Positions 30,061 through 42,134 of a stretch of DNA of 64,000 nt are shown piece after piece (position 1 is the stretch's first letter; every line of letters starts with the position of its first letter). Source of the DNA: Octopus vulgaris (Eukaryota); the NCBI GenBank assembly GCA_951406725.2, contig OX597831.1:33666001-33730000 (forward strand). Reading direction: 5' to 3'. Position numbers and translations under genes: made by a program. The notes under the pieces were generated by a model. It searched no databases. It was not told the DNA's origin and saw nothing but the letters and a program-made list of their open reading frames with translations.

Positions 30061-31226
30061 GTTATTATTATTATTATTATTGCAGAAGATATTTTAGTAC
30101 TTGTAGTGGTCACAGTGTAGATGCTACACCGTTTTTGTCCGCCCATCAATTCATCCACCCATCCATCCATCCATCCATCCATCCATCCATCCATCCATCC
30201 ATCCATCCATCTTGTTGGCGTCGTTGTTGCTGTAGCTGTTGTCTTGTTACATTCCTTACCATCACAGCCGTTGATTACATTGTTGTCGTTGCTCCTGTTG
30301 TCTTTGGTTTTTATTGTTGCTATTGCTCTTTATATATTCTTTGTTCACTTAGTTTGTACTCTTTTTTTTTGCCGTTGCTATTTCTGTTGTCATTGTCGTT
30401 ATTGTTATTCTCTTCGTGGTTTCAATTGTTTCTGTATACAAGATGAGGTAACCTCATGGCCAATGTCGGACAAACGTCAAGACATTTAAAAATAGAATAA
30501 AGGAACGAAACAATAAAAATTACAAAAGTATAGTAAAAAACCGTAAAACAAAATAAAAACAGATAAAAACAAGCAAAAACTTACAACGTACATATACAGT
30601 TTTGTATATATCAAAATGCATAAGTTGATATGAAAAAGAAAAGCGGCGTGGCAAAATTCCAAAGACGCCATATTAAATTCATTATAGATTGAAATTTCAT
30701 CTCAATTTTTCGGAGTTCAAAATAAATCAATAATATAAAACTAAAAGAATATTGATCCGTGTGTTTGTATTTATGCTTGCGTGTGTGTCTGTGTGTGTAT
30801 GTGTGTGTGTGTGATTGTGTCTGTGTGCTTGTTTGCTTGTGTGTGTGTATGTATTTGTGTTTGTGTGTGTGTCTTTTTACGCTCATGTGTGACACATAAA
30901 TTTTTTTTTTGCTCTGTTATTTGCCCATAACGCAATTACAGGACCATCGTATGTCATTCTGTCAAGAATGATCTTAACACAATGTGCTACGCTAAGTAGA
31001 ATGACACACTGCTATAAATAACAGTTCACCAACCCTGGACATTGTACATATTAATATCTTCTACCAAGTAAAACTATTTTTAAAAAATTGCTATATCTTA
31101 AGAAATGCTATATATATATATATATCGAATATGGTCCTTTTCCATACCGAAATACTACTAGGTGAAATTTGTTGATTTTATTAAATTAATTATCTTCCAC
31201 CCTATATCTGTAATAAAGTATATATA

Positions 31227-31390
31227 CTAGCAGTATCACTCGGCGTTGCTCGGGTTTATTTCGACCCTTTAGAATTGGAATTTTTGAGAAGTAAAAGTTT
31301 TGCATTATGTAGCTTGTTATTCTCTTTAAGTGAACATCTTTCTGGTTGAAATACACCGAAAATGCCGACACAGCAGTCAAAAAGGTGGTG

Positions 31391-31392
<2 letters not shown>
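31227..31392 (-). mobile_element. Non-autonomous Helitron 3' end
   Basis: Reverse complement of ccgagcaacgccg..gatactgCTAG followed by T; same terminus as the 42135-42667 element. Confidence 0.65.
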
Positions 31393-31437
<45 letters not shown>

Positions 31438-31559
31438 CTCTACTACTGCTGCTGCTACTACTGCTGCTGCTACTACAACTACTACTACTACAACAACTAC
31501 TACTAGTAGTACTACTACCAGCAGCAGCAGCAGCAGCACCGCCACCACCAATACTGCTG

Positions 31560-31650
<91 letters not shown>

Positions 31651-31678
31651 AACTACTACTACAACAACAACAACAACA

Positions 31679-31736
<58 letters not shown>

Positions 31737-32601
31737 TAACTGGAACGCATCCTGCAGAAGGGGACGATGAAATAGTCACCCGTATTATTGATTGGTGTCT
31801 ATTTTATGAAATCCAGAAAGACGAATCTTCGAAGAAATCCGAGCGAAGGTCAGCAGAATTTTTTACAAGGTCGGTCGAAATGCTAGATATAGCAACATGA
31901 AAAAAAAAAAAGAAAAAAAAAAGAAAAGAAAAAAAGAAACCCATCCGCATGAAATCCTTATATTCCCTCTGAAAATGGAACGAAAGGATATTTAAGATAA
32001 TGTATTCTTTAGTCACGGGTGTATCTAAATAGACGGAAGCATGTTTCAAGGCTAGAACAGCTTTGATCATATATTTCATCGATAAGAACGGAAATGACTT
32101 GAAGCTAAACAACGTCGACGTCGACGACCACTTCATTATCAACAACAACAACAACAAAAACAACAGCAGCAGCAGCAACAACAACAACAACAACAACCAG
32201 AATGAAAACGATGACGATGCCAGTAGCGTCAATGATTATAACAGCAACACTGTCAGGAACAATAGCGACTTCAGAAACGCAGAAGTGAATTCAAAGATAT
32301 CTCTTTTCAGAACTTTAAAAGCTAAATAATGCAAGGTCATCCGTTCATCCTTCCACCCAGCGAATTCGTCCCTCCATCAACCCACCCACTCATCCATTCA
32401 TCCATCCATCCATCCTCCCATCCATCCATCCTCCCATCCATCCATCCATCCATCCATCCATCCACCCACTCTTCCATCCACCCATCCATCCATCCATCCA
32501 TCCATCCATCCATCCATCCATTCATCCATCCCTCGCTCCCTCTCTCCCTCCCTCCCTCCCTCCATCCGACCACCCACCCACCCTTCCATTAATCTATCCA
32601 T

Positions 32602-32637
<36 letters not shown>

Positions 32638-33149
32638 CCATCCTTCCAACCATCCATCCATCCATTCATCCATCCATCCATCCATCCATCCATCCGTCCT
32701 TCCATCCATCAATCCACCTACCCATCCATCCATCCATCCATCCATCCATCCCGCCCTCCCTCCGTCCCGCCCTCCCTCTCCCCACCTATCCATCGACTCG
32801 CTAATCCCATAATCTCATAATCGTTATTATTTCTGAAGATTTTGTCACAAGGGCAAACATTATAATTTCTACATTAATTGATTATCATTAAATATAATTA
32901 CATGAGTTGGAAATTATATTATTACTAAATCAGATTAATTAATACAAGAACTATGTTCTCACTAATTGCTTCTAATATAGACACAAGGCCAACAGTTTTA
33001 GTGGGGGATGGGGGTTAATTGATTACATCGATCACTGTACGTGTGTTGGTCTGGTGCAACAGGTCCCACGGGCCAAATATTGAAAGACAACAGAGTGGGA
33101 TTGGCTCTGCATAAAACCATGCCATTATAATAATTATTTCAATTTTTTG

Positions 33150-33914
33150 CCGCAAGGCAGCTTGGGGCAAAGTGGGGAGGAGTCGATTACATCGACCCCA
33201 GTGTTCAACTGGTACTTATTTTATCGACACCGAAAGGATGAAAGACAAAGTCGACTTCAGCGGAATTTGAACTCAGAACGTAGCGACGTCATGCTACTAT
33301 AATAATATTCTTTTCTTAGGCGGCGAGCTGGCAGAAACGTTAGCACGCTGGGCGAAATGCATAGCCGTATTTCGTCTGCCGTTACGTTCTGAGTTCAAAT
33401 TCCGCCGAGGTCCACTTTGCCTTTCATCCTTTCGAGGTCGATAAATTATGTATCAGTTACGCACTGGGGTCGATGTAATCGACTGAATCCGTTTATCTAT
33501 CCTTGTTTGTCCTCTCTGTGTTTAGCTCCTTGTGGGTAGTAAAGAAATAGGTATTTTGTCTGCCGTTACGTTCTAAGTTCAAACTCCGCCGAGGTCGACT
33601 TTTCCTTTCATCCTTTCGGGGTTGATTAAATAAGTACCAGTTACACACTGGGGTCGATATAATCGACTTAAACCCTTTGTCCTTATTTGTCTCCTCTATG
33701 TTTAGCCCCCTGTGAACAATAAAGAAAGGCCCGAAATTTTTGGGGAGGGGGCCAGTCGATTAGATCGACCCCTGTACACAACTGATACTTAATTTATCGA
33801 TCTCGAAAGGATGAAAGGCAAAGTGGACCTCGGCGGAATTTGAACTCAGAACGCAACGGCAGACGAAATACCGCTGAGCATTTCTCCTGGCGTGCTAACG
33901 ATTCTGCCAGCTCG
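33150..33914. mobile_element. Cluster of SINE family C copies in alternating orientation (-, + with internal duplication, -)
   Basis: Core motif and its reverse complement repeated; + copy starts at 33319. Confidence 0.8.
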
Positions 33915-34067
33915 TATCGGTTTCTTTGGGGTAAATAGCTAAGTTACAGGGACGTAAATAGACCAACACCGGGTGTCAAGTTGTGGTGGGGCACAGAAAC
34001 ATTCACACCTACATAATACATACATACATACATACATACATACATACATGCATACATATATATATGC

Positions 34068-34139
<72 letters not shown>

Positions 34140-34413
34140 CAACAATTGAGGGTAAAATTAATTAATTATTAATCAATTTCACCAAGTGTTCAGTATGCAA
34201 AGGGACCATTTAAGGCGAATTCAAATTATTACATTATATAAAAGGGCTTAGTAAAATAAATTACTTTGCCGCATACTGAACTCATTAGAAATAGCAGCTA
34301 AAAAACTTTTTTAAAACTATTTCTAATACTTAAAGAAAATCTCTCTCATATAGTGTTTGCTTAATTCAACTCACAAAAGTTTGGGGGTAAGGACATCAAA
34401 AAATCAAATGCTA

Positions 34414-34482
34414 AGGTTATTTGAGAACGTACGTTTCAAGATTAGTCAAAACGACACTTCTATCATCAGCTCAGAAACTCCT
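34414..34482 (-). ncRNA. Hammerhead motif, array unit 1
   Basis: Reverse complement of the 36821-36889 motif (aacgtacgtttc ... tcatcagctca). Confidence 0.75.
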
Positions 34483-34974
34483 TGGTTTGGATTTGGAAAC
34501 ACTGAAAGTAAGAACATACCCTTTCGGCTTCTCATCGCTTTCGAAGATCTGCTCGTAACTAACAGTGCCAACAAACTCAAATAAGCAAGCGAAGAATTTC
34601 TGTTCTCCCCCTTTCCACCAGCGTGGGTTAAAATCATCAAACACTATGCTTATTTCGGTAAAATCCGAAGCATTAATTAGAGGGAGATTAATTATAATTT
34701 CAACAATTGAGGGTAAAATTAATTAATTATTAATCAATTTCACCAAGTGTTCAGTATGCAAAGGGACCATTTAAGGCGAATTCAAATTATTACATTATAT
34801 AAAAGGGCTTAGTAAAATAAATTACTTTGCCGCATACTGAACTCATTAGAAATAGCAGCTAAAAAACTTTTTTAAAGCTATTTCTAATACTTAAAGAAAA
34901 TCTCTCTCATATAGTGTTTGCTTAATTCAACTCACAAAAGTTTGGGGGTAAGGACATCAAAAAATCAAATGCTA

Positions 34975-35043
34975 AGGTTATTTGAGAACGTACGTTTCAA
35001 GATTAGTCAAAACGACACTTCTATCATCAGCTCAGAAACTCCT
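34975..35043 (-). ncRNA. Hammerhead motif, array unit 2
   Basis: Same sequence as in unit 1. Confidence 0.75.
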
Positions 35044-35533
35044 TGGTTTGGATTTGGAAACACTGAAAGTAAGAACATACCCTTTCGGCTTCTCATCGCT
35101 TTCGAAGATCTGCTCGTAACTAACAGTGCCAACAAACTCAAATAAGCAAGCGAAGAATTTCTGTTCTCCCCTTTCCACCAGCGTGGGTTAAAATCATCAA
35201 ACACTATGCTTATTTCGGTAAAATCCGAAGCATTAATTAGAGGGAGATTAATTATAATTTCAACAATTGAGGGTAAAATTAATTAATTATTAATCAATTT
35301 CACCAAGTGTTCAGTATGCAAAGGGACCATTTAAGGCGAATTCAAATTATTACATTATATAAAAGGGCTTAGTAAAATAAATTACTTTGCCGCATACTGA
35401 ACTCATTAGAAATAGCAGCTAAAAAACTTTTTAAAGCTATTTCTAATACTTAAAGAAAATCTCTCTCATATAGTGTTTGCTTAATTCAACTCACAAAAGT
35501 TTGGGGGTAAGGACATCAAAAAATCAAATGCTA

Positions 35534-35602
35534 AGGTTATTTGAGAACGTACGTTTCAAGATTAGTCAAAACGACACTTCTATCATCAGCTCAGAAACTC
35601 CT
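35534..35602 (-). ncRNA. Hammerhead motif, array unit 3
   Basis: Same sequence as in unit 1. Confidence 0.75.
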
Positions 35603-36093
35603 TGGTTTGGATTTGGAAACACTGAAAGTAAGAACATACCCTTTCGGCTTCTCATCGCTTTCGAAGATCTGCTCGTAACTAACAGTGCCAACAAACTCAA
35701 ATAAGCAAGCGAAGAATTTCTGTTCTCCCCTTTCCACCAGCGTGGGTTAAAATCATCAAACACTATGCTTATTTCGGTAAAATCCGAAGCATTAATTAGA
35801 GGGAGATTAATTATAATTTCAACAATTGAGGGTAAAATTAATTAATTATTAATCAATTTCACCAAGTGTTCAGTATGCAAAGGGACCATTTAAGGCGAAT
35901 TCAAATTATTACATTATATAAAAGGGCTTAGTAAAATAAATTACTTTGCCGCATACTGAACTCATTAGAAATAGCAGCTAAAAAACTTTTTTAAAGCTAT
36001 TTCTAATACTTAAAGAAAATCTCTCTCATATAGTGTTTGCTTAATTCAACTCACAAAAGTTTGGGGGTAAGGACATCAAAAAATCAAATGCTA

Positions 36094-36162
36094 AGGTTAT
36101 TTGAGAACGTACGTTTCAAGATTAGTCAAAACGACACTTCTATCATCAGCTCAGAAACTCCT
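36094..36162 (-). ncRNA. Hammerhead motif, array unit 4
   Basis: Same sequence as in unit 1. Confidence 0.75.
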
Positions 36163-36820
36163 TGGTTTGGATTTGAAACACTGAAAGTAAGAACATACCC
36201 TTTCGGCTTCTCATCGCTTTCGAAGATCTGCTCGTAACTAACAGTGCCAACAAACTCAAATAAGCAAGCGAAGAATTTCTGTTCTCCCCTTTCCACCAGC
36301 GTGGGTTAAAATCATCAAACACTATGCTTATTTCGGTAAAATCCGAAGCATTAATTAGAGGGAGATTAATTATAATTTCAACAATTGAGGGTAAAATTAA
36401 TTAATTATTAATCAATTTCACCATAGCTTTAAAAAAGTTTTTTAGCTGCTATTTCTAATGAGTTCAGTATGCGGCAAAGTAATTTATTTTACTAAGCCCT
36501 TTTATATAATGTAATAATTTGAATTCGCCTTAAATGGTCCCTTTGCATACTGAACACTTGGTGAAATTGATTAATAATTAATTAATTTTACCCTCAATTG
36601 TTGAAATTATAATTAATCTCCCTCTAATTAATGCTTCGGATTTTACCGAAATAAGCATAGTGTTTGATGATTTTAACCCACGCTGGTGGAAAGGGGAGAA
36701 CAGAAATTCTTCGCTTGCTTATTTGAGTTTGTTGGCACTGTTAGTTACGAGCAGATCTTCGAAAGCGATGAGAAGCCGAAAGGGTATGTTCTTACTTTCA
36801 GTGTTTCCAAATCCAAACCA

Positions 36821-36889
36821 AGGAGTTTCTGAGCTGATGATAGAAGTGTCGTTTTGACTAATCTTGAAACGTACGTTCTCAAATAACCT
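36821..36889 (+). ncRNA. Type I hammerhead ribozyme motif (Penelope/retrozyme-type, palindromic stem III)
   Basis: Stem I UGAG/CUCA; core CUGAUGA 36834-36840; stem II AGA..GUC-GUUUU-GAC..UCU; GAAAC 36866-36870; GUAC loop; predicted cleavage after GUU at 36877. Confidence 0.75.
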
Positions 36890-37364
36890 TAGCATTTGAT
36901 TTTTTGATGTCCTTACCCCCAAACTTTTGTGAGTTGAATTAAGCAAACACTATATGAGAGAGATTTTCTTTAAGTATTAGAAATAGCTTTAAAAAGTTTT
37001 TTAGCTGCTATTTCTAATGAGTTCAGTATGCGGCAAAGTAATTTATTTTACTAAGCCCTTTTATATAATGTAATAATTTGAATTCGCCTTAAATGGTCCC
37101 TTTGCATACTGAACACTTGGTGAAATTGATTAATAATTAATTAATTTTACCCTCAATTGTTGAAATTATAATTAATCTCCCTCTAATTAATGCTTCGGAT
37201 TTTACCGAAATAAGCATAGTGTTTGATGATTTTAACCCACGCTGGTGGAAAGGGGAGAACAGAAATTCTTCGCTTGCAGTTTGTTGGCACTGTTAGTTAC
37301 GAGCAGATCTTCGAAAGCGATGATAGGGTATGTTCTTACTTTCAGTGTTTCCAAATCCAAACCA

Positions 37365-37432
37365 AGGAGTTTCTGAGCTGATGATAGAAGTGTCGTTTTG
37401 ATAATCTTGAAACGTACGTTCTCAAATAACCT
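37365..37432 (+). ncRNA. Hammerhead motif, last array unit
   Basis: CTGATGA at 37378-37384 and GAAACGTACGTT at 37409-37420; 1-nt deletion in stem II. Confidence 0.65.
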
Positions 37433-37589
37433 TAGCATTTGATTTTTTGATGTCCTTACCCCCAAACTTTTGTGAGTTGAATTAAGCAAACACTATATGA
37501 GAGAGATTTTCTTTAAGTATTAGTTTTTTAGCTGCTATTTCTAATGAGTTCATATGCGGCAAAGTAATTTATTTTACTAAGCCCTAATT

Positions 37590-37670
<81 letters not shown>

Positions 37671-38061
37671 CATATATGTACACATGTGGAGGCACATGGC
37701 CTTGTGGTTAGAGCAGCGGGTTCGAATCTCAGACCGGGCGATGTGCGTGTTTATGAGCGAAACACCTAAGCCCCACGCGGCTCCGGCAGAAGGTAATGGC
37801 GAACTTCTACTGACTTTTTCGATACAACTTTCTCTCACCGTTTCCTCCTGCATCTTGCAGCTCACCTGCGACGGGCCGGCGTCTCGTCCAGGTGGAGAAC
37901 CCATACGCCAAGAAAATTAGAAAACCGGCCCTTATGAGGCATGGCTCGAGAAGGAACAAACATATGTACACATACATAAATACTTACGTTCATACATACA
38001 TGTCTACATTCATACAAACCTATATACACATACATACATATATGCATCGGACTGGACACTT

Positions 38062-38460
38062 TACGTGATCTGCAACCTGGACATCAAAACTAGAAAGGTA
38101 CTGAACACCACTGGCAACTTCCATATCAACAGCGACGCTGATAGGATTTATATGAGACGAAGTGATGGCGATAGAAACTTAAGGTCAGTCCAAACAACCT
38201 TTGAATGTTTTATTGTATCATTCAGACAATATCTGCTGAACAGTAAAGAAATACATTCCATGCATACTCAAAAAGGAGAACACCTTCAGAATTGGAGAAG
38301 GCTTACTGAGCAGGTATTCTGAGAATACAGCTATCTCATGCAACTCAAAGGAAGCTGGACTGGCCTACTTAGACAAAAGCTTGGCGGAGAAGCAGGCATC
38401 ACACCAGCAAAAAGTAATGATGGTACATATTCCATATGCTATAGGTTAACAACAGTATTA
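38062..38460 (+). mobile_element. R4/Dong-like LINE internal fragment
   Basis: LDIKTRKVLNTTGNFHINSDADRIYMRRSDGDRNL matches the conserved post-RT motif of this clade. Confidence 0.7.
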
Positions 38461-39002
38461 AAAGGAAGAGAGGATAAAAGATCCTTTCTAAGTCGGGTTC
38501 GAATCATCAGGCCGGTTTCCGTGACGCACATATATTCTGCAGCTGGATGGGACGCTAATCCATCGCAAGATTACTAATTTTTAACATCTGAGTGGACTGG
38601 AGCAAGGTGAAATGAAGTTTTTTGCCCAAGAAGACAATGTATCACCCAGTCCAGGAATCGAAACCACAATCTTACGATCATGAGTCCAAAATCCTAACCA
38701 CACGCCTATATTCAATTGCATATAGCAGACTTTTATTCAGCCGGGCGGCAATTCGCAACATTAGTGAACGTTTTATTCACTTTTTCCTATATTAGAAACG
38801 ATGAATTCTCGCCCGAGCATGTGGTTGTCTGCAAGTAGATGCTATGGAAAATGACTGAAAACGGTTGGAATACCTCTGGCTCTCTTGCCGGCCGCCGCTG
38901 GGACGAATCTCAGGACAAGTACTGCAGTAACTGGTCAATTTACAATATATATATATTTATAGCGAGGTTTAACATTGTTAAACCTCGCTAAGATAAATAT
39001 TT

Positions 39003-39079
39003 AAATTACCTGAAGATTGACTGTAACCCTAACTCGAATTATTACGAATTGGACAGCCATGAAACGATCGTAGTGTTTT
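39003..39079 (+). ncRNA. Hammerhead motif in a separate ~570-bp repeat (approx. 38730-39302)
   Basis: UAC-CUGAAGA(39010-39016)-U-UGACUGU...ACAGCCA-U-GAAAC-GAUC-GUA/GUG; predicted cleavage after 39072. Confidence 0.6.
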
Positions 39080-39296
39080 ACTCTTTTATCTTTTATTAAA
39101 CTTTTAATACTTTTGATATATATTTAAAATAATATAAATTAATTATTTTTATGTATTGGCTTATGTTTTTCATTGTTTGATTTGCCTAATAGTGGTTTTA
39201 TCTCTAATTTAATATAATATAATATTTTACTATAAAATTGGATTTAATCCAAAATCTGATTTTTCCCTGTAAGTTTGGATTTATTCCCTAATATTT

Positions 39297-39357
<61 letters not shown>

Positions 39358-39405
39358 TGTATGTATGTATGAATGTATGTATGTATGTATGTATGTATGT
39401 ATGTA

Positions 39406-39465
<60 letters not shown>

Positions 39466-39572
39466 GTGAGAATTTACGAAAAAACAAAAGGCGAAGACGG
39501 GTGTGTAAGCAACAAACAGATGTATTAGTTTAATGCTCGGGAAGTGAGAAAGCCTTTTCAGTTTCAAGCCTC

Positions 39573-39607
<35 letters not shown>

Positions 39608-39608
<1 letters not shown>

Positions 39609-40292
39609 GAGAGAGATTAAAAAAAATTGTACACGCTCTTGTTTTTTCAATGTATTTACACGAAAGCAGGGGATAAACAAGTATGTCATTTTTCTGTATA
39701 ATCTCCTTCCTTTTCGATGCACTTGGTCCACTGGTCCACAAGTTTGCGTATTCCATCCAAGAAGGTTTTCGGTTGGTCGTGCAGTCATTTGTGCACCGGT
39801 TCCTTCACATCTTCATCCACAGGAAGCGGTCCAAAGATAAGATAGTCGGGAGGGGCGAGATCCAAGCTGTAGGCAGGGTGTTTCCTGCCCCTCAAAACCC
39901 AATTGGTTAATGGTTTCAACGGTTTGGGCAGTCGTGTGTGGGTGTGCATTGTCATGCAACAACAAAGCTTTCTTTGACAATAGGCTTCGGCGTTTGGTGT
40001 GAATTATTGGCTTCAGTTTGTTGGCCAGCAAATCACAGTATCTTGCACTGTTGATCATACACTTCTTTTCCAGAAATCAGATCACTGATCTTTGTTCTTC
40101 TTTGGTGTACATTGCTAGTGGAGCGGCCATGCTTACACCGTAAAGCCAGAAAGAAAAATGGCGCGATCTTGCTCAAATTTCGATCACGTGACAATAATAG
40201 TACCAACTATAAGTACGCATGCACAGAAGGTAGTGTGATAATAATAAAGATATGTTATGGTGAAAGTGCGGATAATTTTTGGCTTCCCCTCG
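39608..40292 (-). mobile_element. Internally deleted mariner element
   Basis: INSARYCDLL...LLLHDNAHPHT...PAYSLDLAP; imperfect TIRs starting cgag and TA flanks. Confidence 0.85.
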
Positions 40293-40622
40293 TATATGTA
40301 TATGTATTTATATATATATCACTGTCACCGTGACCGACCAGGCTATCAGATGTCGCTACACATCGCTGGTCACAATACGATTCGCATTGTTTTAGCCTTC
40401 AAATGACGCCACCCCGCTGGCTAAGCCAGCAGGCCAACAGTAGAAAGAGTGAAAGAAAGTTGTGGCGAAAAAGTACAGCAGGGATCGCCACCACCCCCTG
40501 CCGGAGCCTCGTGGAGGTTTAGGTGTTTTCGCTCAATAAACACCTACAACGCCCGGTCTGGGAATCGAAACCGCGATCCTCAACAGCGAGTCCGCTGCCC
40601 TAACCACTGGGCCATTGCGCCT

Positions 40623-40735
<113 letters not shown>

Positions 40736-40879
40736 GTGTGTAAAGGTAAGATCCAAAGATCAAGGTGTAGGTAGTTAGGGAGTTTAAAACAATCCGTAGA
40801 AGCATTTCGATCGAATCCCCGGCGAGTTCACATGGGATAGCCCAAAGACAGTGTAAACTTCATATAATCAAGGATCCTT

Positions 40880-40964
40880 GGCCTGAAGAGTAGCTTGCCG
40901 TCCACTTCACGTTTGGTCAATTTACTAACTCCGAGATTCCGCTAGCTTTGAAACATATGTAGTC
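40880..40964 (+). ncRNA. Hammerhead motif with long stem II
   Basis: GGC-CUGAAGA(40883-40889)-GUAGCU...AGCUUU-GAAAC-AUAU-GUA/GUC; predicted cleavage after 40961. Confidence 0.5.
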
Positions 40965-42134
40965 TGTATTTTATCTATTCCATTCCCTAATTTTGGGATA
41001 TACCCATCTCTCCTCCTTCCACGTGATCAGTGTCCGGCCAGCCATGATCTTTCTTGGCCTGACTACTGACCGCCAACACCTCTTATGTCCATCTCATATG
41101 TTCCTGCCTTTAGGCTTTCACTTCATACACACCAGCCTAATTTGATTTGTTCTCAGTCGAAAGACACCTGTTGTTATTTTCTTGCTGTTTGTATTCGTGA
41201 TTGTGTACCATGTTCTGTTCTCCGTACACATTCGCTAGCTTTCTTACAAAGGGGTCTAATGCTCTTAGCTTAGACTTTTTTGGAGGCAACCAGATCGAAC
41301 TGTCTCAAGTGTAAGTGCCCGAAACTGTCGTGACTTCTGGTACTTGACTGAGGATAGAAGGCCACGAATGACACGTCTTTTTTTGCCTGTCCTTCTAATT
41401 GTTGTTTCTCATGTCCGCCTTTGTATCGTCTGTCTGTCCGAATGATTTAATGTCCTCTATTGCGTTTTTGTTCCGCTTTTATATATACATACATACATAC
41501 ATACATACATACATACATAGATACATAGATACATACATACATACATAGATACATAGATACATAGATACATACATACATAGATACATACATACATTCATAC
41601 ATACATACATACATATACACATACATACATACACACATACACACACACACACACGCATATATATATAATATGATACATAGATGGCAATATGATACATAGA
41701 TGGCAAAAATGTAGAAACTATATTTCTGGTTCAAAATAGAAAAAAAGTTAAACTTAATTATTGTTAAATTATCACTAATTCAAATTTAATAATGCTGAAA
41801 CTAAATTATAACTAATTTGTTATACTTCGCTAGTATCGCCACTTCCTTTTTGTTCTTCCTCCTTTTATCTGTAATAAAACATCCGCTGTCGTCATCTTTC
41901 TTTCATCTTCACTCCCCCCTCTCTCTTCTGTCTGGCTGATCTTGGCACTGTGGTCTCTTTTCTCTCTCAACTTCTTGACTGTTTTCTCTGAATAAAGTGA
42001 TTCACTTAGACACACACACACACACACACACGCGTTCACACGCACACTCACAGACACACATGAACGCACACACACGTGCACGCAAACACAAAATCGTGCA
42101 CACAAACGTACACTCTCATACACAAATTTACATA

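Larger units (their letters stand above)
34138..37595. repeat. Tandem array of ~560-bp hammerhead-containing units (candidate retrozyme); direct copies 34138-36423, inverted copies 36424-37595
   Basis: The unit marker aacaattgagggtaaaatt recurs at 34141, 34702, 35262, 35821 and 36380 (periods 561, 560, 559, 559). From 36424 the sequence is the reverse complement of the unit. (TA)n flanks both ends. Confidence 0.95.

Noticed and set aside
31346-31900. Mucin-like poly-Thr ORF
   Set aside because: An (ACT)n microsatellite next to a Helitron end; no signal peptide or splice context.
34357-34584. 75-aa ORF (and antisense 65-aa ORF) repeated in each array unit
   Set aside because: Non-ATG starts, no recognisable motif, frameshifted in some units; repetition merely reflects the DNA repeat.
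34138-37595. Array as CRISPR, rDNA/5S or snRNA cluster
   Set aside because: No repeat-spacer alternation and no similarity to rRNA, tRNA or snRNA that I can recognise.
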